Source: a virus
Reading direction: 5' to 3' (one strand)
DNA length: 64,000 bases
IMG/VR virus record: IMGVR_UViG_3300045988_141143
Shown: positions 48,706 to 58,409 of the stretch, one piece after another
Layout: each line of letters begins with the position of its first letter
Numbering within the stretch: the stretch's first letter is position 1
Notes under the pieces: generated by a model
The model's database searches: none
What the model was told of the DNA's origin: nothing
What the model saw: only the letters and a program-made list of their open reading frames with translations
Program-made: the position numbers and the translations under genes

Positions 48706-49311
48706 TTACTTTTTTTTATCATCCGAGTTTTCATCTTTCGGCACGATATACTTTCCGTTGCTGCCACACGCGAAGTTGTATAGCGGTTGCAGGCTCTTCC
48801 AGTCCATGCCCACCACGAGCCATTGTCCGGCATAGATGTCGCCCACCATGCCGAAGGAGATGGAGCTGGTGTCGATGCTTTGCAACTCTGCCATCATTAC
48901 GGCATCATCGGCGAAGCTGCGCTTTGTGACGGGACAGCGGCCTGTGCGCTTCACCTCGATAAGCCAGGCTATGAGGTCCTTGCAGTAGTCGGTGAGGTCG
49001 TTGGCCGTGCGTTCTATCTTGTTGCCGTCGTAACGGCCAAGGGTCTGCGGCGTGTCCTTCACCTTAGCGAGAAACCACACCTGGTGAGAGACCGATGCCT
49101 TCTTTGCGTCAACGAGTTCGCCGGTGGTGAGTACGCTGTATAGCATACACGGTGAGTGAACGACGTTGGCGTTTCGGGAGAAAATGTTCTCAAGGTCGAT
49201 GTAGCGGATGCGGAAGAAGCTCTGGTCTTCGAGGCGCTTGCTCTCGGGGTTGTGAGACAGGGGCTTGTAGATGGAAGCCCAATGCTCAAGAATGTTGCTT
49301 ATTGTTGCCAT
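48706..49311 (-). CDS. Hypothetical protein in the tail-tube position
   Basis: Position two genes upstream of the TMP. 201 aa. Confidence 0.3.
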   Translation of the reverse strand: MATISNILEHWASIYKPLSHNPESKRLEDQSFFRIRYIDLENIFSRNANVVHSPCMLYSVLTTGELVDAKKASVSHQVWFLAKVKDTPQTLGRYDGNKIERTANDLTDYCKDLIAWLIEVKRTGRCPVTKRSFADDAVMMAELQSIDTSSISFGMVGDIYAGQWLVVGMDWKSLQPLYNFACGSNGKYIVPKDENSDDKKK

Positions 49312-49367
49312 ACTCTTTTCACTTTATTAGGGTTGCCGGGCGGCGAACCGCCCATGCTGCTATATGA

Positions 49368-49898
49368 CTATTCGGGGTCGGGGGATTTTTCTTTATTCAT
49401 CTCCTCATCATCCCGCATGAGTTCCTTCAACTTGATATTGAAATGTCGCTCGGTCTTGTCGGCTACTATCTTCTGCATCACTCTCGCCCATCCTGCTCCG
49501 TTGCAGGTGCTTTCGTTCTCAAGGATGCTGACGAACTGGACTCCGCAGTAAAGGGCGGCGAGATAGTTGGCGAGGTGGAGCGGATTCATATAGTCGAGTA
49601 CGATGGTGTCGATGGCGGTGGCGAGGAAAATGGCGAGGATGAGGACGGAGAAGTCCTGCACCATCTTGGTCATCTTCTTGGATTTCAGTTTGCCGTCCAT
49701 CTGGCATTTGGGGTTCTTCTTGATGGCCTCACGATACCGGCTGTAGATACGGCGGTTGAGCCGCCATGCCGTGTAGCAATCCAGTAGAAGGGCGAAGAAG
49801 CATACACCGATGTAGTTGAGTGAGGGTTCGATGTAGCACCACAGCAGACCTATTGCGGCTGCTATGAATCGGGTAATGTTGGGTAAGATCGTTTGCAT
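49368..49898 (-). CDS. Holin (phage holin 4_1/LL-H-like family)
   Basis: 3-4 TM helices. 'YLAALYCGVQFVSILENES' resembles the conserved '...EGLSILENA' holin block. Confidence 0.5.
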   Translation of the reverse strand: MQTILPNITRFIAAAIGLLWCYIEPSLNYIGVCFFALLLDCYTAWRLNRRIYSRYREAIKKNPKCQMDGKLKSKKMTKMVQDFSVLILAIFLATAIDTIVLDYMNPLHLANYLAALYCGVQFVSILENESTCNGAGWARVMQKIVADKTERHFNIKLKELMRDDEEMNKEKSPDPE

Positions 49899-50096
49899 TG
49901 TTGTGTTTGATTTTTAATGTGTGAAGTAAATGTGAAGTGTTATCCTGTTTTGATTAAGATACGATGCAAAGGTAACGAAAGGCGAAAAAACGGGTGGGAC
50001 ATATTATTTCGCCATGGGGACGGGCAGCGAGGCTTGTCCCAATCGTTTTGGGACGATTTCGTAACTTTGCCGACGTAACAAACAACATAAACAAAG

Positions 50097-50900
50097 ATGA
50101 GTCAGATAACACAAGGCACATTGGCACGCATCGACAAATGGTTGGCGCAAGGCATCAGTATCGAGACGATGTTCCCGAACCTGGAGCAGCGCTATCGTAT
50201 GCAACTCTGTGCGGAATATTACAAGAGGTGGGTGCAGAACAAGGACATTGACCCTCGTACCACCTGTCGCAACATTGCCAGACGCGACTACGAGTTGTTT
50301 ATCAACCAGGCCGCGCAGGGCAACAAGGAGGCTGTGGCGATGATTCAGGCGCTGGGCATCACGGTGGATGACGAGGGCAATGTGAGAAATCGCACCATCA
50401 CGGAACTCAACAACGACGTGGCGGTGTGCAATCACATCATCCGCTTCTTCACCACCGACGAGAGTCCGCGCCACAAAGCCATGTACCTCAATTCGGCAGA
50501 ATGGTTGATACGCACGGGCAAGCAGCAGAACAACGACCGTGCCGTGGATAAGGGTATGCAGGCCTTGGCCAACATATACAGCAACTTCATCGAGGAGAAG
50601 GACGCTACGGACGAGATGCCGGACATGAGCCGCATTGCCATCACGCAGGACGTGAGCATCGTGAAGCGCGACCGCATCAACTACACCGAGGAGGAGAAGC
50701 TTCGTCTGGCCCGCAAGTATGGTCTTACGGCAAAGGATATGCGGGATATAGCCGAAGAGGAATCCCTGCAGGCTGTAGGCAAAGAGAATGAGCCCGACTA
50801 CTTCGAGTACATGGAGAAGAAAGACGAGGAGGAGGACGTGATTAGACACGGGTACATGAAAGAAAGCGAAATGACGGATTCCGAAACGACGGATGAGTGA
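50097..50900 (+). CDS. Hypothetical early protein (267 aa) with acidic C-terminus
   Basis: Coding-like composition. The opposite-strand ORF 50004..51011 is Leu/His-rich antisense-like. Confidence 0.4.
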   Translation: MSQITQGTLARIDKWLAQGISIETMFPNLEQRYRMQLCAEYYKRWVQNKDIDPRTTCRNIARRDYELFINQAAQGNKEAVAMIQALGITVDDEGNVRNRTITELNNDVAVCNHIIRFFTTDESPRHKAMYLNSAEWLIRTGKQQNNDRAVDKGMQALANIYSNFIEEKDATDEMPDMSRIAITQDVSIVKRDRINYTEEEKLRLARKYGLTAKDMRDIAEEESLQAVGKENEPDYFEYMEKKDEEEDVIRHGYMKESEMTDSETTDE

Positions 50901-50978
50901 AAACGAAACAGAAGTATCTGTTTGATGCAAACATAAGTATCTGTTTGATATAAACAATGGGCATCGTTTGAAAAACAA

Positions 50979-51080
50979 CTTGCCGACACTTTTCATCGAA
51001 TGTGCCGACACATTAAAACGAAGGTGTTAGCACTTTTTGCCAAAAGTGTTAGCACATTTTACCAAAAGTGTTAGCACATC
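50979..51080. promoter_or_regulatory. Five operator-like sites at strict 22-nt spacing (two GCCGACAC-type, three GTGTTAGCAC-type)
   Basis: 'gccgacac' at 50982 and 51004; 'gtgttagcac' at 51024, 51046 and 51068. Same motif family and orientation as the 24911-24967 array. Confidence 0.55.
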
Positions 51081-51193
51081 AAAAAAACGGAGGTTCAGTT
51101 GATTTCATCAAAAGAGTCGGCTGATTTCGCCAAAAGAGTCGAACCTCGGCAAATATATAGTGCATAAATGCGCTATAAAAACACTATAAAAAT

Positions 51194-52044
51194 ATGTTAA
51201 ACGAACAACTGCAGAAAAAGGTAAAACAGTCGATAAAACTCCTGCAGAGTGTGCAGAAGCGATACGACGGCGAGATAGAGATAGCCTACTCGGGCGGTAA
51301 GGACTCCGACGTGATCCTTCAGCTGGCGAAAGAGGCAGGCATCAAGTATCGGGCCATATACAAGAATACGACCATCGACCCGCCAGGCACGTTGGGGCAC
51401 GTCAGAGAAATGGGAGTGGAGATACTGCGGGCCAAGACATCCTTCTTTCATCTCGTGGCACAGAAAGGATTTCCATCTCGCTTTACTCGTTTCTGTTGTG
51501 AAGAACTGAAGGAATACAAGGTGCTCAACAAAAGTATTATCGGCGTGCGCAAGGCTGAGAGCCGGAAACGAAACGAAAGATACAACGAGCCGACAGAGTG
51601 CCGATACTTCGGAAAGAAGAAAGAGGAAAATCACGTAGAACAGATTTATCCTATTCTGGAATGGACCGATGAGGACGTGCGTGACTTCATCATAGACAGA
51701 AAGTTGAAACTCGCACCCATTTATTACAATTCGGGGGGCAAATCGACGTGTCGAAACGTCTTGGCTGTATGTGCTGTCCTCTTGCCTCAAGGCGCAAGCG
51801 CATTATCGAGTTTCAGAAATATCCCAAGATAGCAAAGGCTTATCTCCGTGCGGGGCAACGATTTATGGAAACGCATCCTGACAGCAAGGCGTGCCAGAGG
51901 TACGACAATGTTTACGAATGGTTCGTTCGCGACGTATTTTACAGCTCCAATGCAGATTGGAGCAAGGTAAGCACAGGGCTGTTCGGTAAGCCGGACTTCA
52001 AGAAATTCTTGGAGGACAAGTTCGGTATTGACTTGACATTATAA
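51194..52044 (+). CDS. PAPS-reductase-family (PP-loop) protein split by a 1-nt frameshift in a G6 tract
   Basis: 'IAYSGGKDSDVIL' PP-loop, 'RFCCEELK', 'IIGVRKAESRKRNE'. Conserved C-terminal 'RLGCMCCPL' continues in frame +2 after GGGGGG at 51733-51738. Reported ORFs 51194..51832 and 51748..52044. Confidence 0.55.
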
Positions 52045-52065
52045 ACAACACAAAACAATAACGAT

Positions 52066-52395
52066 ATGGCAAAGATTATTTATTTCGGGACAGAAGGCAA
52101 CGGGCGAGCAGGACACTACCCTATGGGTATCGACAAATACCTTACCCTCGAAGAATGCAAAATATGGACTGAATGTGACAACGAGACGTGGATCAATAAC
52201 ATCTACAAGAATCCCGGTCGTCACTTGATAAAACATCACGGTGTTGTATATACCAACTATGCCGTGCCGTTCTCCGTAGATGATGAAAGGGGTGGGTCGC
52301 ATACTGAAGTATTTTGGGAAGGAATACACTCCGAGGAGGAAATGATAGAGCTTATTAAAAGCAACACTTTCTTGAAAAAACAATTCAAAATGTAA
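52066..52395 (+). CDS. Hypothetical protein (109 aa)
   Basis: Intact ORF with coding composition. Confidence 0.4.
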   Translation: MAKIIYFGTEGNGRAGHYPMGIDKYLTLEECKIWTECDNETWINNIYKNPGRHLIKHHGVVYTNYAVPFSVDDERGGSHTEVFWEGIHSEEEMIELIKSNTFLKKQFKM

Positions 52396-52401
52396 GCGAC
52401 A

Positions 52402-52683
52402 ATGATAACAATAAAAATCAAAACATGGAAGGACTGGAAGAAGGACTTCATCGATTGGGTAAAGGAGCCGCGGCGCAAGACGTGCAAGGAGTATGTGGAC
52501 TATATGGAGGCTTTACAAAAAAATACTCTCTACCAAATAATAGAGGACACTTGTGATAAATACAACAATATGCGTGAGGATCAAATCAAAGACATCACAG
52601 AAGCAGTAGAAAAATGCGTGGCTGCTTGTGCTGAAGAAGCTCGCAAGTTAATCGATGAAAGTCAGCCCGTAAAATTCTTCTAA
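52402..52683 (+). CDS. Hypothetical protein (93 aa)
   Basis: Intact ORF. Confidence 0.35.
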   Translation: MITIKIKTWKDWKKDFIDWVKEPRRKTCKEYVDYMEALQKNTLYQIIEDTCDKYNNMREDQIKDITEAVEKCVAACAEEARKLIDESQPVKFF

Positions 52684-52724
52684 GACTGGAACTTTCATTA
52701 TAAGCAACAAAAACTCTACACAAC

Positions 52725-53333
52725 ATGAATAACAACATAAAAAGAAAGGACTGGGTAGGCGGCTCGGCTGCTGTATTCAAGACGTTGGGCGCGAGCAACC
52801 ATACGAATGCGGATAGACAGCGTGAGGATTACTATGCCACTGAGCCGAAGGCTACGGAATGGCTGTGCAAGCTGGAGAGGTTTGAGGGCAGGATTCTTGA
52901 GCCTTCGTGTGGCGAGGGCCACATGAGTAGAGTATTGGAGGCAGCAGGGTATGAGGTGGTGAGCCGCGATCTTGTGGATAGAGGGTACGGCGAAGTTGCC
53001 GACTTTCTCTCTATTGACAATATGGAGTGGGATGGCAATATCGTGACTAATCCACCCTACAAATACGCACAGGAATTTGTGGAGAAGGCTCTAAGCATCA
53101 TTCCCGAAGGAAAGAAGGTGGCGATGTTTCTAAAGCTGACTTTCCTCGAAGGCAAGGGTCGACGCGCTCTCTTCCGTTCTACTCCCCCCATTCGTGTTTG
53201 GGTAAGTTCATCACGACTGAAATGCGCCATGAATGGCGACTTCGAGGCTTACGGCAGCAGCGCCGCGGCTTACGCATGGTTCGTGTGGGAGAAAGGATAT
53301 AAAGGCGAGACAACTGTAAAATGGTTTAACTGA
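52725..53333 (+). CDS. Small N6-adenine DNA methyltransferase (phage Dam-like)
   Basis: AdoMet motif 'ILEPSCGEGHM' followed by 'IVTNPPYKYAQEF' (NPPY). Confidence 0.6.
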   Translation: MNNNIKRKDWVGGSAAVFKTLGASNHTNADRQREDYYATEPKATEWLCKLERFEGRILEPSCGEGHMSRVLEAAGYEVVSRDLVDRGYGEVADFLSIDNMEWDGNIVTNPPYKYAQEFVEKALSIIPEGKKVAMFLKLTFLEGKGRRALFRSTPPIRVWVSSSRLKCAMNGDFEAYGSSAAAYAWFVWEKGYKGETTVKWFN

Positions 53334-53372
53334 CGGAAAATAGAACAACTAACAACAACACAAAAACAACAC

Positions 53373-53603
53373 ATGAGTAACAACCGACACAAATACTTCA
53401 ACAAGGTACCGCCGTTCAAGCCGGACCCTGAACACTACACTCGCAAGCAACACTCTTGGAAAGCGAAGGAGGCCTACGAGACGGAAGATGATGCTTGGGA
53501 ATATCTCAATCAGAACCCGAAGCTGCGGGCGCAGGGCATGACGGCGTACCGATGCAGGACGTGCAACAAATGGCACATAGGACATAAGACGCACAGCGAA
53601 TAA
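53373..53603 (+). CDS. Small zinc-ribbon protein
   Basis: 'YRCRTCNKWHIGH', 76 aa, directly upstream of TerL. Confidence 0.4.
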   Translation: MSNNRHKYFNKVPPFKPDPEHYTRKQHSWKAKEAYETEDDAWEYLNQNPKLRAQGMTAYRCRTCNKWHIGHKTHSE

Positions 53604-53632
53604 GCTACACAACACAAAATCAGGATAACACA

Positions 53633-55627
53633 ATGCAGCAAGCACACAACATATACTTAACCAAATTCCAGCAGCAGTCACTATACATGGGAGCCAAGGA
53701 TGAGCGAGTGATTGCTGCCCGCCGTGTGGGTAAGACCGACGGACTTGTGGCTCCTTACGTCTGGACGGCAAGCAACTCCATGCCTGGTATGCTCGGCGCA
53801 TGGGTGGCTGTGTCACGTCAGCAGGGCTTCGGCAAGACCATACCGAGTACGATGGCGGCCATGGAACGTATGTTCGGATTTACGCAGGGCATTCACTTCG
53901 GTTGGGGTCGCCCACCGAAGCACGCTCGCGAGAGTATCTTCAAGCCTAAGAACTACGACAACTACATTTGGTTGGCCAATGGTGCGGGATGGGTTCTTAT
54001 CTCCCTCTCGCAGACCGCCTCTGCCAACTCCTACACGTTCTCTGCGATGGTGGGCGACGAGGCGAGATTCTTTCCCTATAAGAAAGTGACCGACGAGCTG
54101 ATGCCGGCGCTTTCAGGACAGACGCACCCCTTGGGCGACATCAACTTCTCTGACCACAACCCGATGTATAAAAGTACGCGCTTTCTCTCGGATGCCTCGC
54201 TCACAGCCAAAGGTTCGTGGTTGGAGAAGGAGGAGGAGAAGTTGGATATGACGGTGGAGACGGGTCCATTCAAGGGCAAGACCTACCGATGGGTACAGGA
54301 GCAGCTGGAGGATTATGCCGACAAGGTGATACGCTACAACGACCTGTTGTATAACGCCAAGAAGACCGGTCACGGGGTGCATGTGGTGCCGAAGGAACTG
54401 CGCACGATGATACGCGCCGTGGCGCTGAAGATGATGAAACATGAGGGGCAGTTCCGCATCATGCCCAACCATGGCCAACACGTCACGAAGGGCATGGTGG
54501 AGATGGCTGTCAACTACAAACTCATTCCGCAGGAGGATGCCGAACTGATTTACGATTACGAATACCTTATCACGCCGGAAGAGGATTTCGAGATGCAGAT
54601 GTTTCTGCGGTCGAAGAAATTCTCTGAAAACTATCTGCGTGAGCTGCGCCGTGTGGCTTTCTGCGTGCGCCGTGCGTCATCGCTCGACAATGTGGATATT
54701 CTGGGTGAAGACTATATTCGCCAGATGAAACGAGATTTGCCTCCGATGACCTTCGCTATTTCAATCCTCAACATCAAAGTAAAGAAGTCAAACGACGGAT
54801 TTTACTCCAACCTCGACATCGATCATGTTCACGGATATATCCCCGACGAGATAGACCCCTTATCGTCTGCCAAATTTTCCACGCAAAAGGTATCGGGCAT
54901 CATCGGTGGCAAGAAAGTCACGAGCGAGAGTTATCAGCCCGACTTCAAGGAGTTGGGCGAGCGCAACGACTCGCGCCAGGACTCCGACTGCATCAACTCC
55001 CTTCCTTTATATATAGCCCTCGATTACAATGCCAATATCAATACGTTGGTGGTCGGGCAGATGTACGAGCGCGACGGCATGGAATGTCTGAACGTCATCA
55101 AGAGTTTCTATGTAAAGAACGAGCGCAAGTTGCGTGAAGTGATAGCCGATTTTTCCGACTATTACGCACCGAAGCGAGCCATCAACCGTGACGTGACGTA
55201 TTTCTATGATGCTACGGCAAAGCAGGGAGCATCCTATGCTTCGTCGGACGAGCGATTCTATATGACCGTGATTGCTGAATTGGAGAAGCACGGCTGGAAC
55301 GTGACGGCCATTGATATGGGCGCACCAGAGAAGCACGAGGTGAAGCACAAGATTATCAACGACGGACTGGCTCACCTCTCCTACCCTGCCATCCGCATTA
55401 ACCAGGTGAACAATCCCGACCTTATCATCGCCATGCAGCTGTGTGAGGTGCAGATTTCGTACAAGGGATTCCACAAAGACAAGAGTCAGGAGAAGAAGCC
55501 CGAAAGCGAGGACACGCTGCCCCTGCAGCAACGTACCGACTTCACGGATGCCTTCGATACGCTGTACTTAGGTTGCAAGTTCTTCCGTGTCGGTGGCGGT
55601 TGGTTTGTGCTGCCGAGTGGAAGATAG
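53633..55627 (+). CDS. terL: Terminase large subunit
   Basis: Walker A 'AARRVGKTDG'. Walker B 'AMVGDEARF'. C-terminal nuclease-like acidic residues. 664 aa. Confidence 0.7.
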   Translation: MQQAHNIYLTKFQQQSLYMGAKDERVIAARRVGKTDGLVAPYVWTASNSMPGMLGAWVAVSRQQGFGKTIPSTMAAMERMFGFTQGIHFGWGRPPKHARESIFKPKNYDNYIWLANGAGWVLISLSQTASANSYTFSAMVGDEARFFPYKKVTDELMPALSGQTHPLGDINFSDHNPMYKSTRFLSDASLTAKGSWLEKEEEKLDMTVETGPFKGKTYRWVQEQLEDYADKVIRYNDLLYNAKKTGHGVHVVPKELRTMIRAVALKMMKHEGQFRIMPNHGQHVTKGMVEMAVNYKLIPQEDAELIYDYEYLITPEEDFEMQMFLRSKKFSENYLRELRRVAFCVRRASSLDNVDILGEDYIRQMKRDLPPMTFAISILNIKVKKSNDGFYSNLDIDHVHGYIPDEIDPLSSAKFSTQKVSGIIGGKKVTSESYQPDFKELGERNDSRQDSDCINSLPLYIALDYNANINTLVVGQMYERDGMECLNVIKSFYVKNERKLREVIADFSDYYAPKRAINRDVTYFYDATAKQGASYASSDERFYMTVIAELEKHGWNVTAIDMGAPEKHEVKHKIINDGLAHLSYPAIRINQVNNPDLIIAMQLCEVQISYKGFHKDKSQEKKPESEDTLPLQQRTDFTDAFDTLYLGCKFFRVGGGWFVLPSGR

Positions 55628-55663
55628 GGGATTTTTTGAGTTTTGATATTAGAATAGAAAGGC

Positions 55664-55701
55664 GAAGGGCAGACGTTATCACAACGGCTGCCCTTCTTTT
55701 T
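55664..55701. terminator. Bidirectional rho-independent terminator between convergent terL and the minus-strand block
   Basis: 9-bp stem gaagggcag/ctgcccttc with a 15-nt loop, followed by ttttt. A T-run sits on the opposite side as well. Confidence 0.6.
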
Positions 55702-55750
55702 GTAAAATAATGAATAAATGTGCAATCTTTTGATATGATATGATTAGATA

Positions 55751-56395
55751 TTACTTATTTCTTTGTTTACCATGACGATATTTGTGCGTCTTAAAAAGAG
55801 GACGAGTAAGTCTTGCGGAGACTGAGTAATAAGACGGAGTATTGAATACCTCTGCTTTAAATCTTACCGTATAGCCCACCTTCTTTATATAACCGTTGAT
55901 GTGCTTCACATCCTCCATCGTGAGGGTAGCCATTTTGTATGTCTCCCGTAGACGCAAAGACGCATGCCTGCCAATAAGATTACAGAAACCCATCGAATAG
56001 TCACTATATGGTATCGACAAAGTATCGTCTGCCACATAGAGAGTATCAATGTTATTCGACTCGTGTACCAAAAAAGCGTAACACATGACCGTCTTCCCTT
56101 TCTCACAGGGACTTTTCAAAATGGCAATAATATACGTCCCAGGATGTTCGGAATCTAAAAACTTGTAATATATGCCGTTAGCAGCATCATAACGGTCGCG
56201 ATCTCCGAGGGCAGCACTCCCCATACTAAACTCTATATGCTTGTTCCTCTCAACACCACTGCCCTTTGCGGACAACTGACTTATGCGCTGTTCCAGCTCT
56301 TTAATGCTCTTAGCGTGCTCGTCGAGCGTATCTATTACAGACCCCATATTGTCCATCAATGCCTGCAATAGTTTTTCTTTTAATTGTTTACACAT
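55751..56395 (-). CDS. Hypothetical phage protein (214 aa)
   Basis: Intact ORF. Confidence 0.4.
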   Translation of the reverse strand: MCKQLKEKLLQALMDNMGSVIDTLDEHAKSIKELEQRISQLSAKGSGVERNKHIEFSMGSAALGDRDRYDAANGIYYKFLDSEHPGTYIIAILKSPCEKGKTVMCYAFLVHESNNIDTLYVADDTLSIPYSDYSMGFCNLIGRHASLRLRETYKMATLTMEDVKHINGYIKKVGYTVRFKAEVFNTPSYYSVSARLTRPLFKTHKYRHGKQRNK

Positions 56396-56470
56396 GTCTT
56401 TTATGTTTAAAATTCACTCTTTTTCTTCCTTCAGCATTACAAATTGCTTTGTGGGTGGGGATGGTTATCA

Positions 56471-57142
56471 TTACAAGAACACTGGCAGTCTGCGCCACAC
56501 GCCTCCGTTCGGCTGAAACTCCTCATGCCATTCCCGATATTCCACTTCAAACTTTGCACCATAATAAGCCAAACCTTTGAGAGGTAGGCTCTTGATATAT
56601 TTCTCCTGCTCCTCACGAGTCATAAAGTCGTTAGGCATGAGAATGATGCGATTGCTACGGACATGAATAAAGAACTCTATCGCAAAATTACTATTCGTCA
56701 GCATTCTCTTAATCGCGTCATAGTCCCACTTGCCTTTAGGCGAAAAGTTTATGCCATCCACATAAGGGTAAAAACGTTCGGGAAAGTTGTTTATATCCAC
56801 GTTGGCAAACATCCATCTACCAGAAGTGTAGATATAGAGCTGCTTGATGTTAGGATAATCATGGCGCAGGTGTGAGCATATATCTATGATACCAGTCACA
56901 TAGAATGGGTCTCCACCAGTAAGCATAACAGTATGTGCTGCCTTCAACTCCTCTACAGTTGCCACAGGCACCGTATCGAGGTCGTACTGCTTGTTGCAGT
57001 ACACGGGACAGGAGTTAGTACATGTACGGTTAATAATCAAGTGTATGGCTTCCTTATCGGAGCCCGGCTCGTCAGCATATTTACGTTTTGTTTCCATTAA
57101 CTTTTTCATATCTATATGTATTAGTTTTATTACTTCTAACAA
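56471..57142 (-). CDS. Radical-SAM-like 4Fe-4S protein of the NrdG/QueE activase type (atypical CxxxCxxxC)
   Basis: 'LIINRTCTNSCPVYCNKQ' versus the NrdG 'SGCVHECPGCYNKST' block. 'VMLTGGDPF' versus the 'SLSGGDPL' SAM-binding block. Confidence 0.45.
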   Translation of the reverse strand: MLEVIKLIHIDMKKLMETKRKYADEPGSDKEAIHLIINRTCTNSCPVYCNKQYDLDTVPVATVEELKAAHTVMLTGGDPFYVTGIIDICSHLRHDYPNIKQLYIYTSGRWMFANVDINNFPERFYPYVDGINFSPKGKWDYDAIKRMLTNSNFAIEFFIHVRSNRIILMPNDFMTREEQEKYIKSLPLKGLAYYGAKFEVEYREWHEEFQPNGGVWRRLPVFL

Positions 57143-57259
57143 TATATAAGGCTTTTGCCCTTACAGGGCGCATTACCAATTGCCATTACACCCAGTGCGA
57201 TGCCCTGGGCTAAGAGCTTCTGCCCCCTTCAGGGCGTGCTGATTATATGACCTTTGCCT

Positions 57260-58291
57260 TCAGGGTGTGGTGACTCTGGAGCTGCCCGATGGGTTGTCAG
57301 ATACTTCTTGGCTCTTCTGCTGTTCCTTTACCGCACTGGACGCAGGCTTCTCATAAATATCGAACTTGCGTGTGGTTGGACACCAACTGATTCCGGCGGC
57401 GTGCAGCGCATTGTCTATTGTGATTTCAGTCGCAAGATCGGCTGGAATGATAGACAGAGGAACGCCACCTTGATAGAGGTGGTCGAGATAGATACACGGT
57501 CCAAAGTATATGCCGTTATTAAAACCAATAAAGGTCATGCTGTAATCTAAACCCCTAATGTCTTTGTTTTTCTTTACCATGGAATGCAGGTGGATGGTTC
57601 TGCTCTCCACATCGTAGCAGTTGAAGATAGCTGCATAAGAAGCCAGTCCGCAGCCAGGCCTTGCGTAGGTAAGCTCTACGTACTGACCAGTCTTGAATGC
57701 CGGAAGGAGCTTATAACCTTTACGACTGGAGAAAAGACGACCCGTAAACTTTTCTATTTTACGGTAAAGCTCTCGGGTGTCTTCTTCGTTGAGCTTGCTG
57801 TAGCTATTGACGGAAATCTTACACTTTTCGCCATCCGAGGTCTTGGGGCATTCCTCTATACTCTGAATTTCTGAATATCTGTCCTCAAATACTTCCACCA
57901 GCGGAGTAAAGGTGTTATAATCATCATTGTTTACCTTATCGACAATAAAGAATGGGCCGTCGTATTCGTAAGGACGTCTCACTACCGTGCCCTTGCGCCA
58001 TGTAAGCACGTCCCATTTCGCTTTACTTGGATTGGGATGTATCACGCAGTCGGAACCTAAAAGGTCTGAGATTTCGATGTTTCCTACCTTGAGTTTCAGA
58101 CAGCCCTCCTTATTGAACGTAAGGTAGGCGGTCTTTGGGTCGGCTTTTTTATCGGCGATGGCACAGAAAATCTCGTCATCCGTCACGTCTATCAACGTCA
58201 TCCAACCGCACAGGTCGCACCACACTTGCATTCCTACCCTGCCGTATTGAAACAGAACCTCCTTCACGTTCTCTAAATTTCTCTGGCTCAT
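57260..58291 (-). CDS. Hypothetical phage protein (343 aa)
   Basis: Start taken at the internal ATG at 58291 (MSQRNLENV). Confidence 0.4.
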   Translation of the reverse strand: MSQRNLENVKEVLFQYGRVGMQVWCDLCGWMTLIDVTDDEIFCAIADKKADPKTAYLTFNKEGCLKLKVGNIEISDLLGSDCVIHPNPSKAKWDVLTWRKGTVVRRPYEYDGPFFIVDKVNNDDYNTFTPLVEVFEDRYSEIQSIEECPKTSDGEKCKISVNSYSKLNEEDTRELYRKIEKFTGRLFSSRKGYKLLPAFKTGQYVELTYARPGCGLASYAAIFNCYDVESRTIHLHSMVKKNKDIRGLDYSMTFIGFNNGIYFGPCIYLDHLYQGGVPLSIIPADLATEITIDNALHAAGISWCPTTRKFDIYEKPASSAVKEQQKSQEVSDNPSGSSRVTTP

Positions 58292-58409
58292 AATATATAC
58301 ATTTAATAAATTGATTAAACATGCTGTTCTCTTTACTGGTCGCTGTCCGAACATCAACGCCAATCCACGAGCCGCTACATGGCGTTCATCTCATCCCACT
58401 TCTTCTTCA

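Noticed and set aside
50004-51011. 335-aa minus-strand ORF overlapping 50097..50900(+)
   Set aside because: Leu/His/Val-rich with repetitive 'LLLL' runs. The plus-strand ORF has normal composition, and gene organisation places rightward early genes here.
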